64,000 nucleotides of DNA from Tetramitus jugosus (taxonomy: Eukaryota > Protista > Heterolobosea). Location of the stretch: contig OW569388.1 in assembly GCA_937625935.1 (NCBI GenBank), positions 186,001 to 250,000 of the forward strand, read 5' to 3'. Below, one piece after another: positions 22,103 through 33,112 of this stretch. The notes below the pieces were generated by a model. That model was given only the letters and a program-made list of their open reading frames with translations, did not search any database and was not told the origin of the DNA. The number at the start of each line of letters is the position of its first letter. The first letter of the stretch is position 1. A program made the translations under genes and the position numbers.

Positions 22103-22289
22103 ACCTGTTGTACGTTCACGCACTTCATCTTCCTGAACAATTGCCAGAAACCTCAGGGTATCCGATCAGTATGGGACCGTCATCCCAAGAACGATTAAAC
22201 ATCCCAAAATACTCACGGAGTAATTGTAGTTTCGATTCAAGTAATAAAACTGCGACCTACGTGTTTTCAATTGGCTCAGTAAACAAAGC

Positions 22290-24167
22290 ATGACGCCACA
22301 AAAACCGAATTGCACAAGACGGTGGACCACCTTCAGCCAAACTAGTTCAATAACACCCACGCGGCATTGTCTTCTTTTCTTCTTATGGTGCCTCTTGCTT
22401 GCCACGATCTCTGTTGTTCAATGTGAAGAATCCTCATCGTCTCTCTGCGTAGGTTACAATGATCCAGCTGTTGTTACTAGACTCATTACCGATTCCAAGG
22501 ACGATGTTTCGTGGAGCGTCATTTTAGATTTTCAAGTGTTTCACAAGAGCGAACATGACGAGGAAGAAAATCGCAGCACACGCGACCAAGCAAGAAAGCT
22601 TTTGCGCTTGAAAACGAAAGCTAAAGGTAGCTTTAGAGCTACAAGTGCTCGTGGCGAAACGAAAGAACAAGAGGAAGGAGAAGAGGAATCTCCAACATTG
22701 ATTCTTTACTTGGCAATGCAAGGAAGTGATTATGTGCGGCATCGTCATGGTGCTCACAATAAAACGGCAGTTGAACTCGTGTTGTTCAATGTGGACACAG
22801 AGGAGAGCACTGTCATTTCTGGTGGTGACGATGATGAGAGCTCTCGTCAGAAGGATGACAATGATGATGATGACGATGAGTCGTTGTCAGAGATGTGTGG
22901 TATGACACCGTTTGATAAGTTTGGTGCCAACTACATTTTGAGCTATAGGCCAATGATACGACATTTGGGTCATCTAGTCATCTCCCGGTTCGAAGAGGGC
23001 TCCCTCTCTGAGAATTTTACATTTGCTGATATCAGTGATAATCCTGTGCTGTACATGAACGGTTCACTAGCGCGATACGTTTCTGCTCACGAATCTTCGT
23101 TCGTATTTTACAATACACCCTGTCCGCTGATGGTCACAGATGAATCAGGCAACGAAGGACGGTTATTGGTGCACTCCAAGGAAGGAACAATTGTTCTAAT
23201 GCTCTATCGTAGCATGAACGATATTTCCAACTCAAAAAAGACGGTTCTGCTGCCCAAGGTGCTCGGTGCGGCGCCACAGCAATTTGATGTCAACTTTTTG
23301 AAGCTCGATCGGCGTACAGGTGACACTTATGTCATTATTAAGCTCTTTCGTCCCTCTCAAATTGCATTTGAAACATTGCATAACTTGCAGCACAACACAG
23401 TTGTAAAGTTTACAGATGAGCACAACTCGGCTGTTCGTATCCTGTTTCGTGTTGATGCCAATGGTATCATTCGAGGTATCAAGCAAATATCGAAACCTGC
23501 GCACGTGATTGACATTTTCCACATGACAGGCATCGACTTATTCTATGAGCGACATTCTACTAGTCTCTGTATCACGGGTCATGTCGGAACACTCTCTGTT
23601 TTTATGCGTTATGACAATGTGGATCGCATGGCACTTGAATCGAGGAGAGATCCCGATTTGTATGTCACTTATCCAGGCATTCTCTCATCTGCAGCTCTCT
23701 ATAGCAAGTCAGACTCGATTGTGGTGATGGACAATGATGACGGTCTGGCATTTATTGGCGGTGAGACCGATCATCCACTCGAGATAATGGAATATGGAAA
23801 GGCGTACCTACTGCTGATTGATGTAAGGACGGGTGAAGCCATTGAATCTCGTATTTGGCCAGTGTTTGGCAACAATGGAGAAAGAGTGAAGCAGATACGA
23901 GTGACAAAAGATGGTGACATGTTCTTTTCGAGTGTCTATGATTTATCTGATGATGACTCACCAAAGTCTGCAATCAACTCTTTGAAATGCTCTGGTGGCC
24001 TACTGGTAGACAAGATATTATTGATCATCATGGGTGCAGTAGGTCTTGCTTCTGGATTTGTACTTCTGTTGACTCTTGCTTTATCTCTCGGCCGGTACTT
24101 CTATTTGAAACGAAAGAGCGTGGTTGAGACTGGATGTGATCCGGAACGGTTGAGATTGGTCAACTAG
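22290..24167 (+). CDS. Type I membrane protein of unknown function
   Basis: Signal peptide (CLLFFLWCLLLATISVVQC), beta-rich ectodomain, single C-terminal TM, short basic tail. Confidence 0.7.
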   Translation: MTPQKPNCTRRWTTFSQTSSITPTRHCLLFFLWCLLLATISVVQCEESSSSLCVGYNDPAVVTRLITDSKDDVSWSVILDFQVFHKSEHDEEENRSTRDQARKLLRLKTKAKGSFRATSARGETKEQEEGEEESPTLILYLAMQGSDYVRHRHGAHNKTAVELVLFNVDTEESTVISGGDDDESSRQKDDNDDDDDESLSEMCGMTPFDKFGANYILSYRPMIRHLGHLVISRFEEGSLSENFTFADISDNPVLYMNGSLARYVSAHESSFVFYNTPCPLMVTDESGNEGRLLVHSKEGTIVLMLYRSMNDISNSKKTVLLPKVLGAAPQQFDVNFLKLDRRTGDTYVIIKLFRPSQIAFETLHNLQHNTVVKFTDEHNSAVRILFRVDANGIIRGIKQISKPAHVIDIFHMTGIDLFYERHSTSLCITGHVGTLSVFMRYDNVDRMALESRRDPDLYVTYPGILSSAALYSKSDSIVVMDNDDGLAFIGGETDHPLEIMEYGKAYLLLIDVRTGEAIESRIWPVFGNNGERVKQIRVTKDGDMFFSSVYDLSDDDSPKSAINSLKCSGGLLVDKILLIIMGAVGLASGFVLLLTLALSLGRYFYLKRKSVVETGCDPERLRLVN

Positions 24168-24330
24168 TAGCACATGTCACAAGATACCTCTAATTAAGTC
24201 CAGGAGTTTTACCTCAGCAGCAATTGCATCGATCATAACAACAGGACGAGGTGGACAATGATCCGTCATAATTAAATTAATATAATGCGGTCCAGAATCT
24301 GCAATCATCATTTTATTCCTGTTCATGAAA

Positions 24331-25584
24331 TTAACTAGTACTGAATGGTGGGCAGTCCCATGTGGAATCGACATTAATAAGATCACCGACACGAACGACC
24401 TTGTTGATGGAATCTGTGCTGTGCATGATGTTGATACCGAACAATGGATTCTTTGATTCCTGTGTTGTGTGATATTGGCTCAGTTGATAGGATGGTCCCT
24501 CTAGCTCCAACTTGCCAACCTCAGGGTTGACGTTTGGCATGGAACATCTGGTGCACACCTTGACATTGTACAATGTGATTCCAGTGCTCTCCTCTTGCGT
24601 GCCATCGGAAGACAAGCGACTCAAATGCATCTGCTTCCAATACTCTTCCTCAAATGGTTGCAGAGTACCATTTCTCTCGACAACAATATTGCCTCTGAAT
24701 CTCACCATGGAAGCCTGGTTGTTCTCTGGCAATTTCTTATTCACATCATCCAGAGAGTTCTCTGTTGTGATCAAGTAAGGGAATCCGTCGGCGAATGCTG
24801 TCTGAAGCATAGGTGCCTTCTCTCCCAAGTTCAAAAATTCGTTGTAGAACTCATTTCCCGGAGTCCGATCAAAACTGTTTGGCGCCATCACTAATCGTAG
24901 TCCTGGTTTATTGGCTGCTTTGCTCAGCCAATCAGCAACCTCATCTCCCATATCGATGGACTTGAATTGATTGCCCCAAATTTCAGCCCATACGAGCTTA
25001 TCAGCATTGTTAGCTGTCAAGAACGAACCAAATGGTAGTTCAAAATTGGACGAGATTTCTCCTCCATTGACCTTAGAGCCCTGATCTGTTCCTGAGCTTG
25101 ACACAGCGCTCTCTGATGATTCAGATGATCCAATCTTGTACAGTGTCAATGTTTCATTATCCAATGAAACACGTGCACCGATTAAGCTTAATCTTGGTAA
25201 TTGTCTTTGAGTAACAAACTTGTAGCACTCTTCTTCTTTCTCCTGCTCTTGTTGTGTTTCTTGTTCTTGTTCAGGCCAAACTTCTTCGTCCGATAATTTC
25301 TTGGCAACAGCTTTTGGCATCTTCATGACAACCATCCATTGTCGATCATAGAGGAAACCACGAGGACCAACCTTCCACTCAGAGACACTCATTCCTTGAA
25401 GAGACTTGACAGGAAAAATGTTCAGTTCAGAGATACGGTTTGGCTCAGGCTTTGTAATCTGTTGGGTGGTTTTTTTGTAAAGATAGTAAACTCCGCCACT
25501 CAAAAGAAGGGTAGCTCCTGCAACAGCCAAAGAAGTGACAAGAGTGTTACTAGTAGAAGAGGAATTGTGATCACCTGACGTCAT
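24331..25584 (-). CDS. MOSC-domain protein (mARC-like)
   Basis: N-terminal anchor; IFPVKS, DRQWMVV, FADGFPYL, RFRGNIVV, CTRC; start placed at MTSGD. Confidence 0.92.
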   Translation of the reverse strand: MTSGDHNSSSTSNTLVTSLAVAGATLLLSGGVYYLYKKTTQQITKPEPNRISELNIFPVKSLQGMSVSEWKVGPRGFLYDRQWMVVMKMPKAVAKKLSDEEVWPEQEQETQQEQEKEEECYKFVTQRQLPRLSLIGARVSLDNETLTLYKIGSSESSESAVSSSGTDQGSKVNGGEISSNFELPFGSFLTANNADKLVWAEIWGNQFKSIDMGDEVADWLSKAANKPGLRLVMAPNSFDRTPGNEFYNEFLNLGEKAPMLQTAFADGFPYLITTENSLDDVNKKLPENNQASMVRFRGNIVVERNGTLQPFEEEYWKQMHLSRLSSDGTQEESTGITLYNVKVCTRCSMPNVNPEVGKLELEGPSYQLSQYHTTQESKNPLFGINIMHSTDSINKVVRVGDLINVDSTWDCPPFSTS

Positions 25585-26006
25585 TGTTTTTATAGAGAGT
25601 GTGAGAATGTGTTTTTGTTTTTTGTTGTTTCTGCTTTTCGATTTTGTTGTCGTCAGAACGAATGAATACCTGAGGAGAAATAGTACTTCTAATTTGGTGG
25701 AGATGGAATCTTGGGAATCAGGTCCCACTCACACCCGTGATTCTTCGTCAGTGCGTCACAATACTCAATGTTCACATGCTTCACCGAACGTCAGCACGTT
25801 ACCAGGAGGTCAATGAGAGAATTGCACCAAACTTTTAAAAAGCAAGTTCTTCCAATATTGTTGATCCGGTAAATCCATGTCGGTTTTTTCCGAAACTTTC
25901 ACTGAAAAAACTTTTCGAAGTGCCCTAAAAGTTTTCTGATGTTCCGATTGAGCCAAAAAGTTTTTCTCGAAAGTTTAATTCAACAAACACCCATCGCCAA
26001 CAAGAG

Positions 26007-26459
26007 ATGACCAGTCAAGACGAATTGGAGAAGCTCGCAGACTAGTTGAGAGAGCAACACGAGAACATGACAGATGAAAAACTGAGCGACAGAATGTAAA
26101 GGCGTATTTCATGAAGAAACTAAAGAGTACCACTGAAGGGGAGTACAAAGTTGCGTCAGTGCATGCCAAAGCAAATGATGAATATGTCAAAAGCCAGCAA
26201 GAGATTCTCAAAAACTGGAACCATTGGAGAATTGGAAAGAAACTAAATTCTTGGAAGAGCTCATGCAGTATTCGTAATGGCTTTTGCCTGTCATGCCAAT
26301 ATCGACATGTTTTTTGCAGGGAGCTCATGGCGCACCAAGGTGGGTGAAGCCAACATAGAACTTACCAAACCTAGCAAGCAATTATTTTGTGACATCATGA
26401 TGAATCACCTAATCGACCAAACACCCATACACACTGAGAAAAATAATATCCAATTTTGA
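26007..26459 (+). pseudogene. Possible decayed coiled-coil gene
   Basis: MTSQDELEKLAD*LREQHENMTDEKLSDRM* followed by short protein-like ORFs in other frames. Confidence 0.25.
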
Positions 26460-26767
26460 ATATAGTTGTTGTGTTTCGGTCTTCCAAGCTTCTTGAGGGA
26501 GGCACCATCACATGCGACCTTACTGAATGAACGTAACAATGAATATTGTTGTATGATGTTGATATCATTCGTTGATTTATTCGTGCACCATTTTCATAAA
26601 TTCTTCCCTTGGATGAAAGTCTTAGGATTTTTTGTTGGTAACTTTCATTGAAAGTTTGAACGAATTTTTGGAAAGTTTAGCGCCAAGCGATCGACATGGA
26701 TTTACCGGATCAACAATATGAACTTGTTCAGGACAAAAAAAGAACAGAAAACAAACGATAGCAAGAC

Positions 26768-28279
26768 ATGTCCACAGATAACAGTAACAACAAGAAGGTC
26801 ACAAAATACTTTGTGAATGTTCATACGTGCACCAATGAACCCATCATTGTTCCGATTCCAAATCCCGCCACCATAACGATCAAAGATTTTGCGCGCCACA
26901 TTTTCGATTACTGTGCCCGATATTCCGTTCAAGGATTTTCCGCGAGTGACGATCACTCCATTTACGATAGCCACAAGATTGATATTTGCTATTTGAACAC
27001 GGTGATCAACACTGGTGGCGATGATAATGACTCATTGTACCTCTCCAGTGTCGCCAACGTTCCTTTCCAGCAATTCTCTGTCAATGAACACCCAGAAAGT
27101 GAAGAGCTATTCACTATTGCTAGAAGTGCCACCAATTTGTACCTAAGGAACGAAAAGACTCAAGAAATTGTTCAAAAGCTTACCCAATTCCGTAATGAAC
27201 AATTCCAGGAAGCTCTAAATGAGCAACAACAACAAGAAGAAGCGGCAGCAGAGGAAGTTAACAAGAAAAAGCTAACGCTTCCATCGAGTCTGAGCTCTTT
27301 GGATCGAAAATTTGTTCACTGTATCGCTGAACAACTAGAGCTTCATCATCAGAGCACTGGTCCCTCCAGTGATCGAAAGTTGGTTGTTTCCTATCGCAAA
27401 GCTGTCAAGAAGGCCACATCTGGTCGACCAAACATCAAGCCCATTATCATTACACAGATCAAGAAGGCTCATTCAAAGATTCCAAAGGGAATGAGCACTG
27501 TGATTGATCAGTTTCTTTATCTTGGATCCGGTAGAGATGCCAATGATATTGATCAGTTGACTAACAACAATATTAGTCATATTTTGAACTGTACAATGGA
27601 ATGGCCTGCATTTCATGCACTCCCAGAGACAATCACACTCAAAAGATTGCCTCTTCAAGATATAAGCTCGGCCAACATTTCACGATTGTTTGATGAAGTT
27701 CATCAATTCTTGGATGAAGCAAAAAAGAATGGTGGAAGGGTGCTTGTGCATTGTACAATTGGAAAATCAAGATCAGCATCTCTCGTCTTGAGTTATTTGA
27801 TGAGAACCGAGAAGATGAACTTGGGACAAGCTCATTCATACCTGATCGAAAGAAGAAACATTATTAAGCCAAATGATGGTTTCATGAGACAGCTCATGGA
27901 CCTTGAACATCAACTCTATAATGGACAGTACTCGAATGAAAGCAAACAATCAACATCACTACCATGGGAGTTCAACGAGGAGCCTCTGCCAACGGAGGAG
28001 GAATTGCAGCGAATGAGACAAGAGAAGGAAAATTTGCAACGTAGAGTCAGCGAAAAGACTGAGGAGTTATTACCAGTTAGCGAATTGGAAAGGTTGGCTC
28101 AGGAACAGACATCAAATAGCGAAATGATGGGAGCTTTTATCCAAAGAGTCGTCAAAGCTGTTACAGGTGATATCAAACAGAGCGGATTGCCTGAAAGGGA
28201 ACTTAGGAATTCTGTGAGCAAATACGCAAAGGAATGGTATTTGAAGAATTGTCAAAATACTGAAATGAAACAAGAATAA
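26768..28279 (+). CDS. Dual-specificity phosphatase with an R3H domain
   Basis: R3H: LSSLDRKFVHCIAEQLELHHQSTG...RKLVV; DSP: LYLGS, VHCTIGKSRS (CX5R), IKPNDGFMRQL. Confidence 0.88.
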   Translation: MSTDNSNNKKVTKYFVNVHTCTNEPIIVPIPNPATITIKDFARHIFDYCARYSVQGFSASDDHSIYDSHKIDICYLNTVINTGGDDNDSLYLSSVANVPFQQFSVNEHPESEELFTIARSATNLYLRNEKTQEIVQKLTQFRNEQFQEALNEQQQQEEAAAEEVNKKKLTLPSSLSSLDRKFVHCIAEQLELHHQSTGPSSDRKLVVSYRKAVKKATSGRPNIKPIIITQIKKAHSKIPKGMSTVIDQFLYLGSGRDANDIDQLTNNNISHILNCTMEWPAFHALPETITLKRLPLQDISSANISRLFDEVHQFLDEAKKNGGRVLVHCTIGKSRSASLVLSYLMRTEKMNLGQAHSYLIERRNIIKPNDGFMRQLMDLEHQLYNGQYSNESKQSTSLPWEFNEEPLPTEEELQRMRQEKENLQRRVSEKTEELLPVSELERLAQEQTSNSEMMGAFIQRVVKAVTGDIKQSGLPERELRNSVSKYAKEWYLKNCQNTEMKQE

Positions 28280-28475
28280 AGCAATTGAATGTCATGTTCA
28301 CGAATCATCGCTTTTAAATAAAATTTGGTGGATATAACATCCAAAAATTGAAAACTTGTTCAGTCAAAATTGGCCTGGTGTGTTGCCTGTCCGTAAGTTG
28401 GAGGAAATTAATGGATATAGGGGATTCCGAAAAAATAGTGTCGATGATAACAAACCAATGTCCTTGTTATCATTC

Positions 28476-30410
28476 TTAGTTGGATGCGGTGTCAGATGCC
28501 TTCTTGGTTGGCTTTCTTCTGAAAATAGATAGTAGCCTTCGTGTTCGTCGTTTCTTCTCCTCATTCTTTGGTTTACTCAAGTACTGATCATCTCTTGATG
28601 AGTGTAACCTCAAGCTATTGCTGCTACCACCAGTACTACTGCTTGTAGCACTCTTCAATGGCTCAGTCTTGTTCATAAACATTTGAAATCCTACTTCATC
28701 GAATGAATAAGACTTTTGTAGTGAATTCATGGAGAGGCGATGTTGAAAATTGTGACTCTTGTTCACTGATGGCGTTGCCAAAGAGGAACAACTTGGCACA
28801 TTGTCCTTTGAGTTGTCCAACAAAAACCGAGGAGAGGATACTGGCGATACATCATGCGTCGTTTGATTCAGTGCGGGGTAACCTGCGTTGGAGAGACGAT
28901 TCTGGTTATTGAACGATTGTAGACTCACTCGTTCCATGAGTGGGACATGAGACGTCAATGATGATGAATACTCATCATTGTTTGTCAACCATGACCTTGG
29001 ACTATCATTCGTTGTCTCACCACCAGTGGCACCATTAGCACCGCCACCTGAACGAAAGATGTAACTAGAAAGACGACTGGACATTCTTCGAATGGCATGT
29101 CGCGTGGATTTTAGACTGACAGCAAGTGTACCATGAGTTGTCGATGTGCTAGAGTCGCTTCTTGGGCTCTGAACAAGTGAATCATCTTGAAAATCATCGT
29201 CATCACCATGACTCACAATACCTAATTGTCTCTTTTGAATAAAGGTGTAAAAAGTGTCCGACTTGACAAAAGCAGGAAACTTTTCAGTGGACAACTGTTC
29301 TTGAACTTCAATGACAATAGAGTCAAACAAGTTGGTAGGAGCAAATTCCTTGGCTTGTTCGTGAATTTGAATCACAGAGTCTCTTAAGCTATTGGCAATG
29401 TTTAGCTCTTGAATACTGGCTGTGCGCACAAATTGATCAATAAGAATCTTTTGGAGTTGATAAGCTCTGAGGTGATTGGCATCTAGGAGGGAATTGGAAG
29501 CATTCGTGGTGGTGGTGGGAGTGGTCGTCGTCGAATTGTATGGATTGGTCACATTGATAAAGGAAAACTCTGGGGATGTAGGAGTGGTCGCAGGACCCGT
29601 TGGAGCTAAAAAGCTTTTCCGTTTGTGTAAGAGCAACAATGGCACTTGAACACTGTAAATTTCTTCTTCCGTTGGTTTGGCGCTATTTCTTTGAATCGAT
29701 TTGGCGCTCTCACCACTTTGTAAATGAGTGACGGCTGCGCTGGAGAGTCGGTTTAAATTCCGTACCGCTTTCCACTCTTGGACCTTGTCCAAAAAATTCC
29801 AGAGCTCAGCTGTAAACTGACTCTCTAGAAAAGCTTTGAAGCACTGTCCAAAAGCTCTGTCTGTGCGCGTCGTCTCATAGTTCATGTACTGTGAGAGAGT
29901 GTCCATTTGAATAGAGAGGTCAGTCCTAGTGACTCTTCTACCGTCATTGTCAATGGAGGAGTGATCAACCGATTCTATGGTCATGTTGTTCTTCTCCTGA
30001 TAGAGCGTTGAGAGTCTGTGTGCTGTGAGAACGGTTAGTGGAGCAGTTGTAGCTGAAGTTCTACTACTGCTGTTATTGTTATTGTTGTTTGAAATATGGA
30101 GAAGTAAACTTTTGGGGGGTGAGCAGGAAGATGAAGAAAGGGATGTCGATGAAACTGTTGTTGTTGTGGGAGATGGTGGTGGAAGAGTGAGGTTCATTTT
30201 TAGGCAAAACACAAGAGCAGAGTGATGACGGTTGTTTTTTTTGGTGGTGCGGTAGTTGTCCACTTTGGCAGTTGAAGGCAGCGAACACTCTATCTGGTGG
30301 TTCTTGTGATTGTGTTTTTTTTTAAGTGCTGGTGGTTGTTTGTGGTTGGTACGTTCAAACATCATGCGTTGTAGGTGTTGTGTGTGCACATTCAAGAGAT
30401 CATTAAACAA
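28476..30410 (-). CDS. RGS-domain protein (first ATG ~30365)
   Basis: FKAFLESQFTAELWNFL...QFVRTASIQELNI...LFDSIVIEVQEQLSTEKFPAFVKS, with a long low-complexity insert. Confidence 0.85.
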   Translation of the reverse strand: MFNDLLNVHTQHLQRMMFERTNHKQPPALKKKHNHKNHQIECSLPSTAKVDNYRTTKKNNRHHSALVFCLKMNLTLPPPSPTTTTVSSTSLSSSSCSPPKSLLLHISNNNNNNSSSRTSATTAPLTVLTAHRLSTLYQEKNNMTIESVDHSSIDNDGRRVTRTDLSIQMDTLSQYMNYETTRTDRAFGQCFKAFLESQFTAELWNFLDKVQEWKAVRNLNRLSSAAVTHLQSGESAKSIQRNSAKPTEEEIYSVQVPLLLLHKRKSFLAPTGPATTPTSPEFSFINVTNPYNSTTTTPTTTTNASNSLLDANHLRAYQLQKILIDQFVRTASIQELNIANSLRDSVIQIHEQAKEFAPTNLFDSIVIEVQEQLSTEKFPAFVKSDTFYTFIQKRQLGIVSHGDDDDFQDDSLVQSPRSDSSTSTTHGTLAVSLKSTRHAIRRMSSRLSSYIFRSGGGANGATGGETTNDSPRSWLTNNDEYSSSLTSHVPLMERVSLQSFNNQNRLSNAGYPALNQTTHDVSPVSSPRFLLDNSKDNVPSCSSLATPSVNKSHNFQHRLSMNSLQKSYSFDEVGFQMFMNKTEPLKSATSSSTGGSSNSLRLHSSRDDQYLSKPKNEEKKRRTRRLLSIFRRKPTKKASDTASN

Positions 30411-30629
30411 GGAGAGTCGCTTGCGATTTCACAGCCCACAATCCAGGAAAGGCTACTCCAATATCACGCGTGATAAGTGATAAGTTCCATCAATAGTAAT
30501 ACTGCCTAATAGAAACCCCCTTTCAGATACAGATTAGGGAATGATCCAAAATAATGAATGCGGAATCGACGAATCTCCCGCAAGTCCTGGATTCGAAGAA
30601 AGAGCCAACTGACAAAACACCACAGTTCT

Positions 30630-30659
30630 TAGTGTTTTTCGTAGTGTTTTTCGTAGTGT
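30630..30659. repeat. 12-bp tandem repeat (TAGTGTTTTTCG x2.5)
   Basis: Read directly. Confidence 0.8.
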
Positions 30660-30775
30660 GAAGGTGCAGAATTTAATGATGAGCCTTTAGCATGGACAAG
30701 TGTCACTCCTTTTACGGGAGACGAACAAATATGGAAAAGACCATCTAAAGGAAGAGGTACCCACGAATCCTTCCT

Positions 30776-32890
30776 TTAGGTTTCTGCCGGCAAGTGCCCC
30801 AGTAGCGATGTGGCCGAGAGTGTCACTTGCTTGCCAGATTCAGTTTTCCACCTGTTCTCGTTCCACCTTTGTGCCAGATCACGAAACCATGGCAGGTGTC
30901 GAATCTCGTCAAAATCCTTATCTTCATCTACAGAGTGTTGATTCGCATCTGGAAGTATGAGAGCCTTGTTCAAGCATCTGCGTGCCTCCTTCTCATGATC
31001 AACTGGCGAGCACTTGAGATTGTACATGATTGAATGAAGACAAGCACGGTTATAATATGATAAACATAGTCCTGCTGTGAAGTTCTTGAGTTGCTTGTAA
31101 GTCCTGAGAGCCTCTGTATAGAGTGAGTTGATTTCTTGGCTCAAATGCTCCTGATTCCCTAGTTTGTATTGCTCGATAAACGAATGCAACATTTCGATAA
31201 GAGAGTTTCCTTGACCACAAACAGCCGCAGCATTTCCACCCGCGAGTGTTGATTGATGCCAAGTTGGAGCTGTCAAGACCTGTTCAAAGTACTGACATGA
31301 TTGCTTCAATAATTCTACTTTTTGTGGAAAAGAACAAAGCTTTGCTTTCTTGGCTGTAGAAGAACCCAGCAACAAAATTTGTGTGCGAGTCAATCTCTCA
31401 TAATTGAGGAACTTGTCCATGAAGGATTGCACTCGGTTAATCAGCTCTAGTTGACACTCTTCTGCCAACGTGGAGGTGATTGATTCAAATTTCAAAAAGC
31501 AAATATCGAGCATCTCATTGAACCAGTGTTCATAGGTGCAAGATACAATTTCGTTGTCATAATTTTCCTTTGCCTTGCTCAACCAAAAGGAGCAATTTTC
31601 AATAAAATAATTGATCACTTTGGTAATGTACCGTTCGCCTTCTGAGGTTTTCATTTGTTGTGGTGAAAGTGTTAATTTTCGAATGGCGATACCATAGTTT
31701 CTGTATAAATGTATCTGGAAGTGAACTTGTAGCATTTCTTCGAAAGTGATAGCTGCTAGCAGTGCCAAGAGTCGCTTTTCGAACTGGAATTCGATCGGAA
31801 GTTCGCGTGTGTCTTGACTGAGATGAGTCGTCTGTCGTACATCAAGTGCAGGCAGAACAATAGAGTCTGATATGAAGCACATGTGTCTCAGATCCTCTAT
31901 TGATAATTGATAGCGCTTCAGATCAGTCAACATTCTGCCTTCATACTCCCTACTTGTCACAGAAGTATCATCGTCCATCATCTCATCATCATTGATCAAC
32001 TGCTCAATTGACACATTCTCGTTCGCTTGTTGTATAGCATTCGTTTGAAACGCATGTCTCTCTCTCGTATATCGATAATAAAACAGTTCTCTCCATGAAA
32101 TGCAAGGAACATGCAACATGTCCTCAAAAAAGGTCAAATTGTGGTTCAACAGACATTGAGGCCACTGATGACGATACAAGTGACTCCAAAACAAATCCAA
32201 TCGACACAAATCGTTCAAATGTGTCGATACTCTACTCATCACCAACAATAACTCTGGTGCGTTCATCCACTGCAGAATTTGAATCAAAATTTCATCTGGA
32301 ATTTCAATCCGATGCTTATTGTGATTCCATGCAACCACTTTTTTCATTGCTCGTACCCACGATTGTCTCTCTTCCCAATCATTCATCACCAATTGAATAT
32401 TCAGTGTCATTGTTACTTCTTCTTCATTCAAAGAGGTCAGTGGTCTTAGGAATGACAGTTTCATTTGTGTTTTACAATCATCATCATTTTCATGAGAAAA
32501 TGAATGAAAATTTTTCATTTCAAATTGCATCCAACAACCATCATTATTATCATCAGTAACACATTCTTCATCATCTATAATCATTGAAGCTTCTTCTTCT
32601 TCTTCTTGTTGTTCTTCGTTCATATGACCGTACATGGCACCGTTGTACCTCATGAATGGGCCACTGGGTGTAGTCGGAGAAATTAATATGGGTGTTTTCA
32701 TGGACTCATCATCTTCATCATCATACTCACTACGACTACTACTACGAATGCAGCAGTGACTATCATCATTCTTGTTGTTTTTGATAGGATGAACAATGAA
32801 TGAATGATGAGAGAGGGATGCATAGCAAGGAACATTGTTGACGATTAGCTCACCATATTTGAGATTTTCAGTGTTGTTGATTCTCTTCAT
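30776..32890 (-). CDS. F-box protein with helical/TPR-like C-terminus
   Basis: IPDEILIQILQWMNAPELLLVMSRVS (F-box); YYNRACLHS...DKDFDEIR (TPR-end-like). Confidence 0.8.
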   Translation of the reverse strand: MKRINNTENLKYGELIVNNVPCYASLSHHSFIVHPIKNNKNDDSHCCIRSSSRSEYDDEDDESMKTPILISPTTPSGPFMRYNGAMYGHMNEEQQEEEEEASMIIDDEECVTDDNNDGCWMQFEMKNFHSFSHENDDDCKTQMKLSFLRPLTSLNEEEVTMTLNIQLVMNDWEERQSWVRAMKKVVAWNHNKHRIEIPDEILIQILQWMNAPELLLVMSRVSTHLNDLCRLDLFWSHLYRHQWPQCLLNHNLTFFEDMLHVPCISWRELFYYRYTRERHAFQTNAIQQANENVSIEQLINDDEMMDDDTSVTSREYEGRMLTDLKRYQLSIEDLRHMCFISDSIVLPALDVRQTTHLSQDTRELPIEFQFEKRLLALLAAITFEEMLQVHFQIHLYRNYGIAIRKLTLSPQQMKTSEGERYITKVINYFIENCSFWLSKAKENYDNEIVSCTYEHWFNEMLDICFLKFESITSTLAEECQLELINRVQSFMDKFLNYERLTRTQILLLGSSTAKKAKLCSFPQKVELLKQSCQYFEQVLTAPTWHQSTLAGGNAAAVCGQGNSLIEMLHSFIEQYKLGNQEHLSQEINSLYTEALRTYKQLKNFTAGLCLSYYNRACLHSIMYNLKCSPVDHEKEARRCLNKALILPDANQHSVDEDKDFDEIRHLPWFRDLAQRWNENRWKTESGKQVTLSATSLLGHLPAET

Positions 32891-33112
32891 TGTGAACGTG
32901 AAGAGATGCTGGATTTTGTTTGGTGTTGTTTTGGGTTTTGTTATCTGAGATATTCTTTTTCAGTTTCAGTTTGGGAAAAGGACCGCGCTATTTATTGGTG
33001 ACCGGAAAGGAGAATCGTCTACGGTTTTCGGAAAATGCTGGCCATCGTTCGTGCAAAGGAATTTTTCTCCAGAGAAGTTTCCGCTGGACAAAGTCAATAG
33101 AAGTAAGTGACG

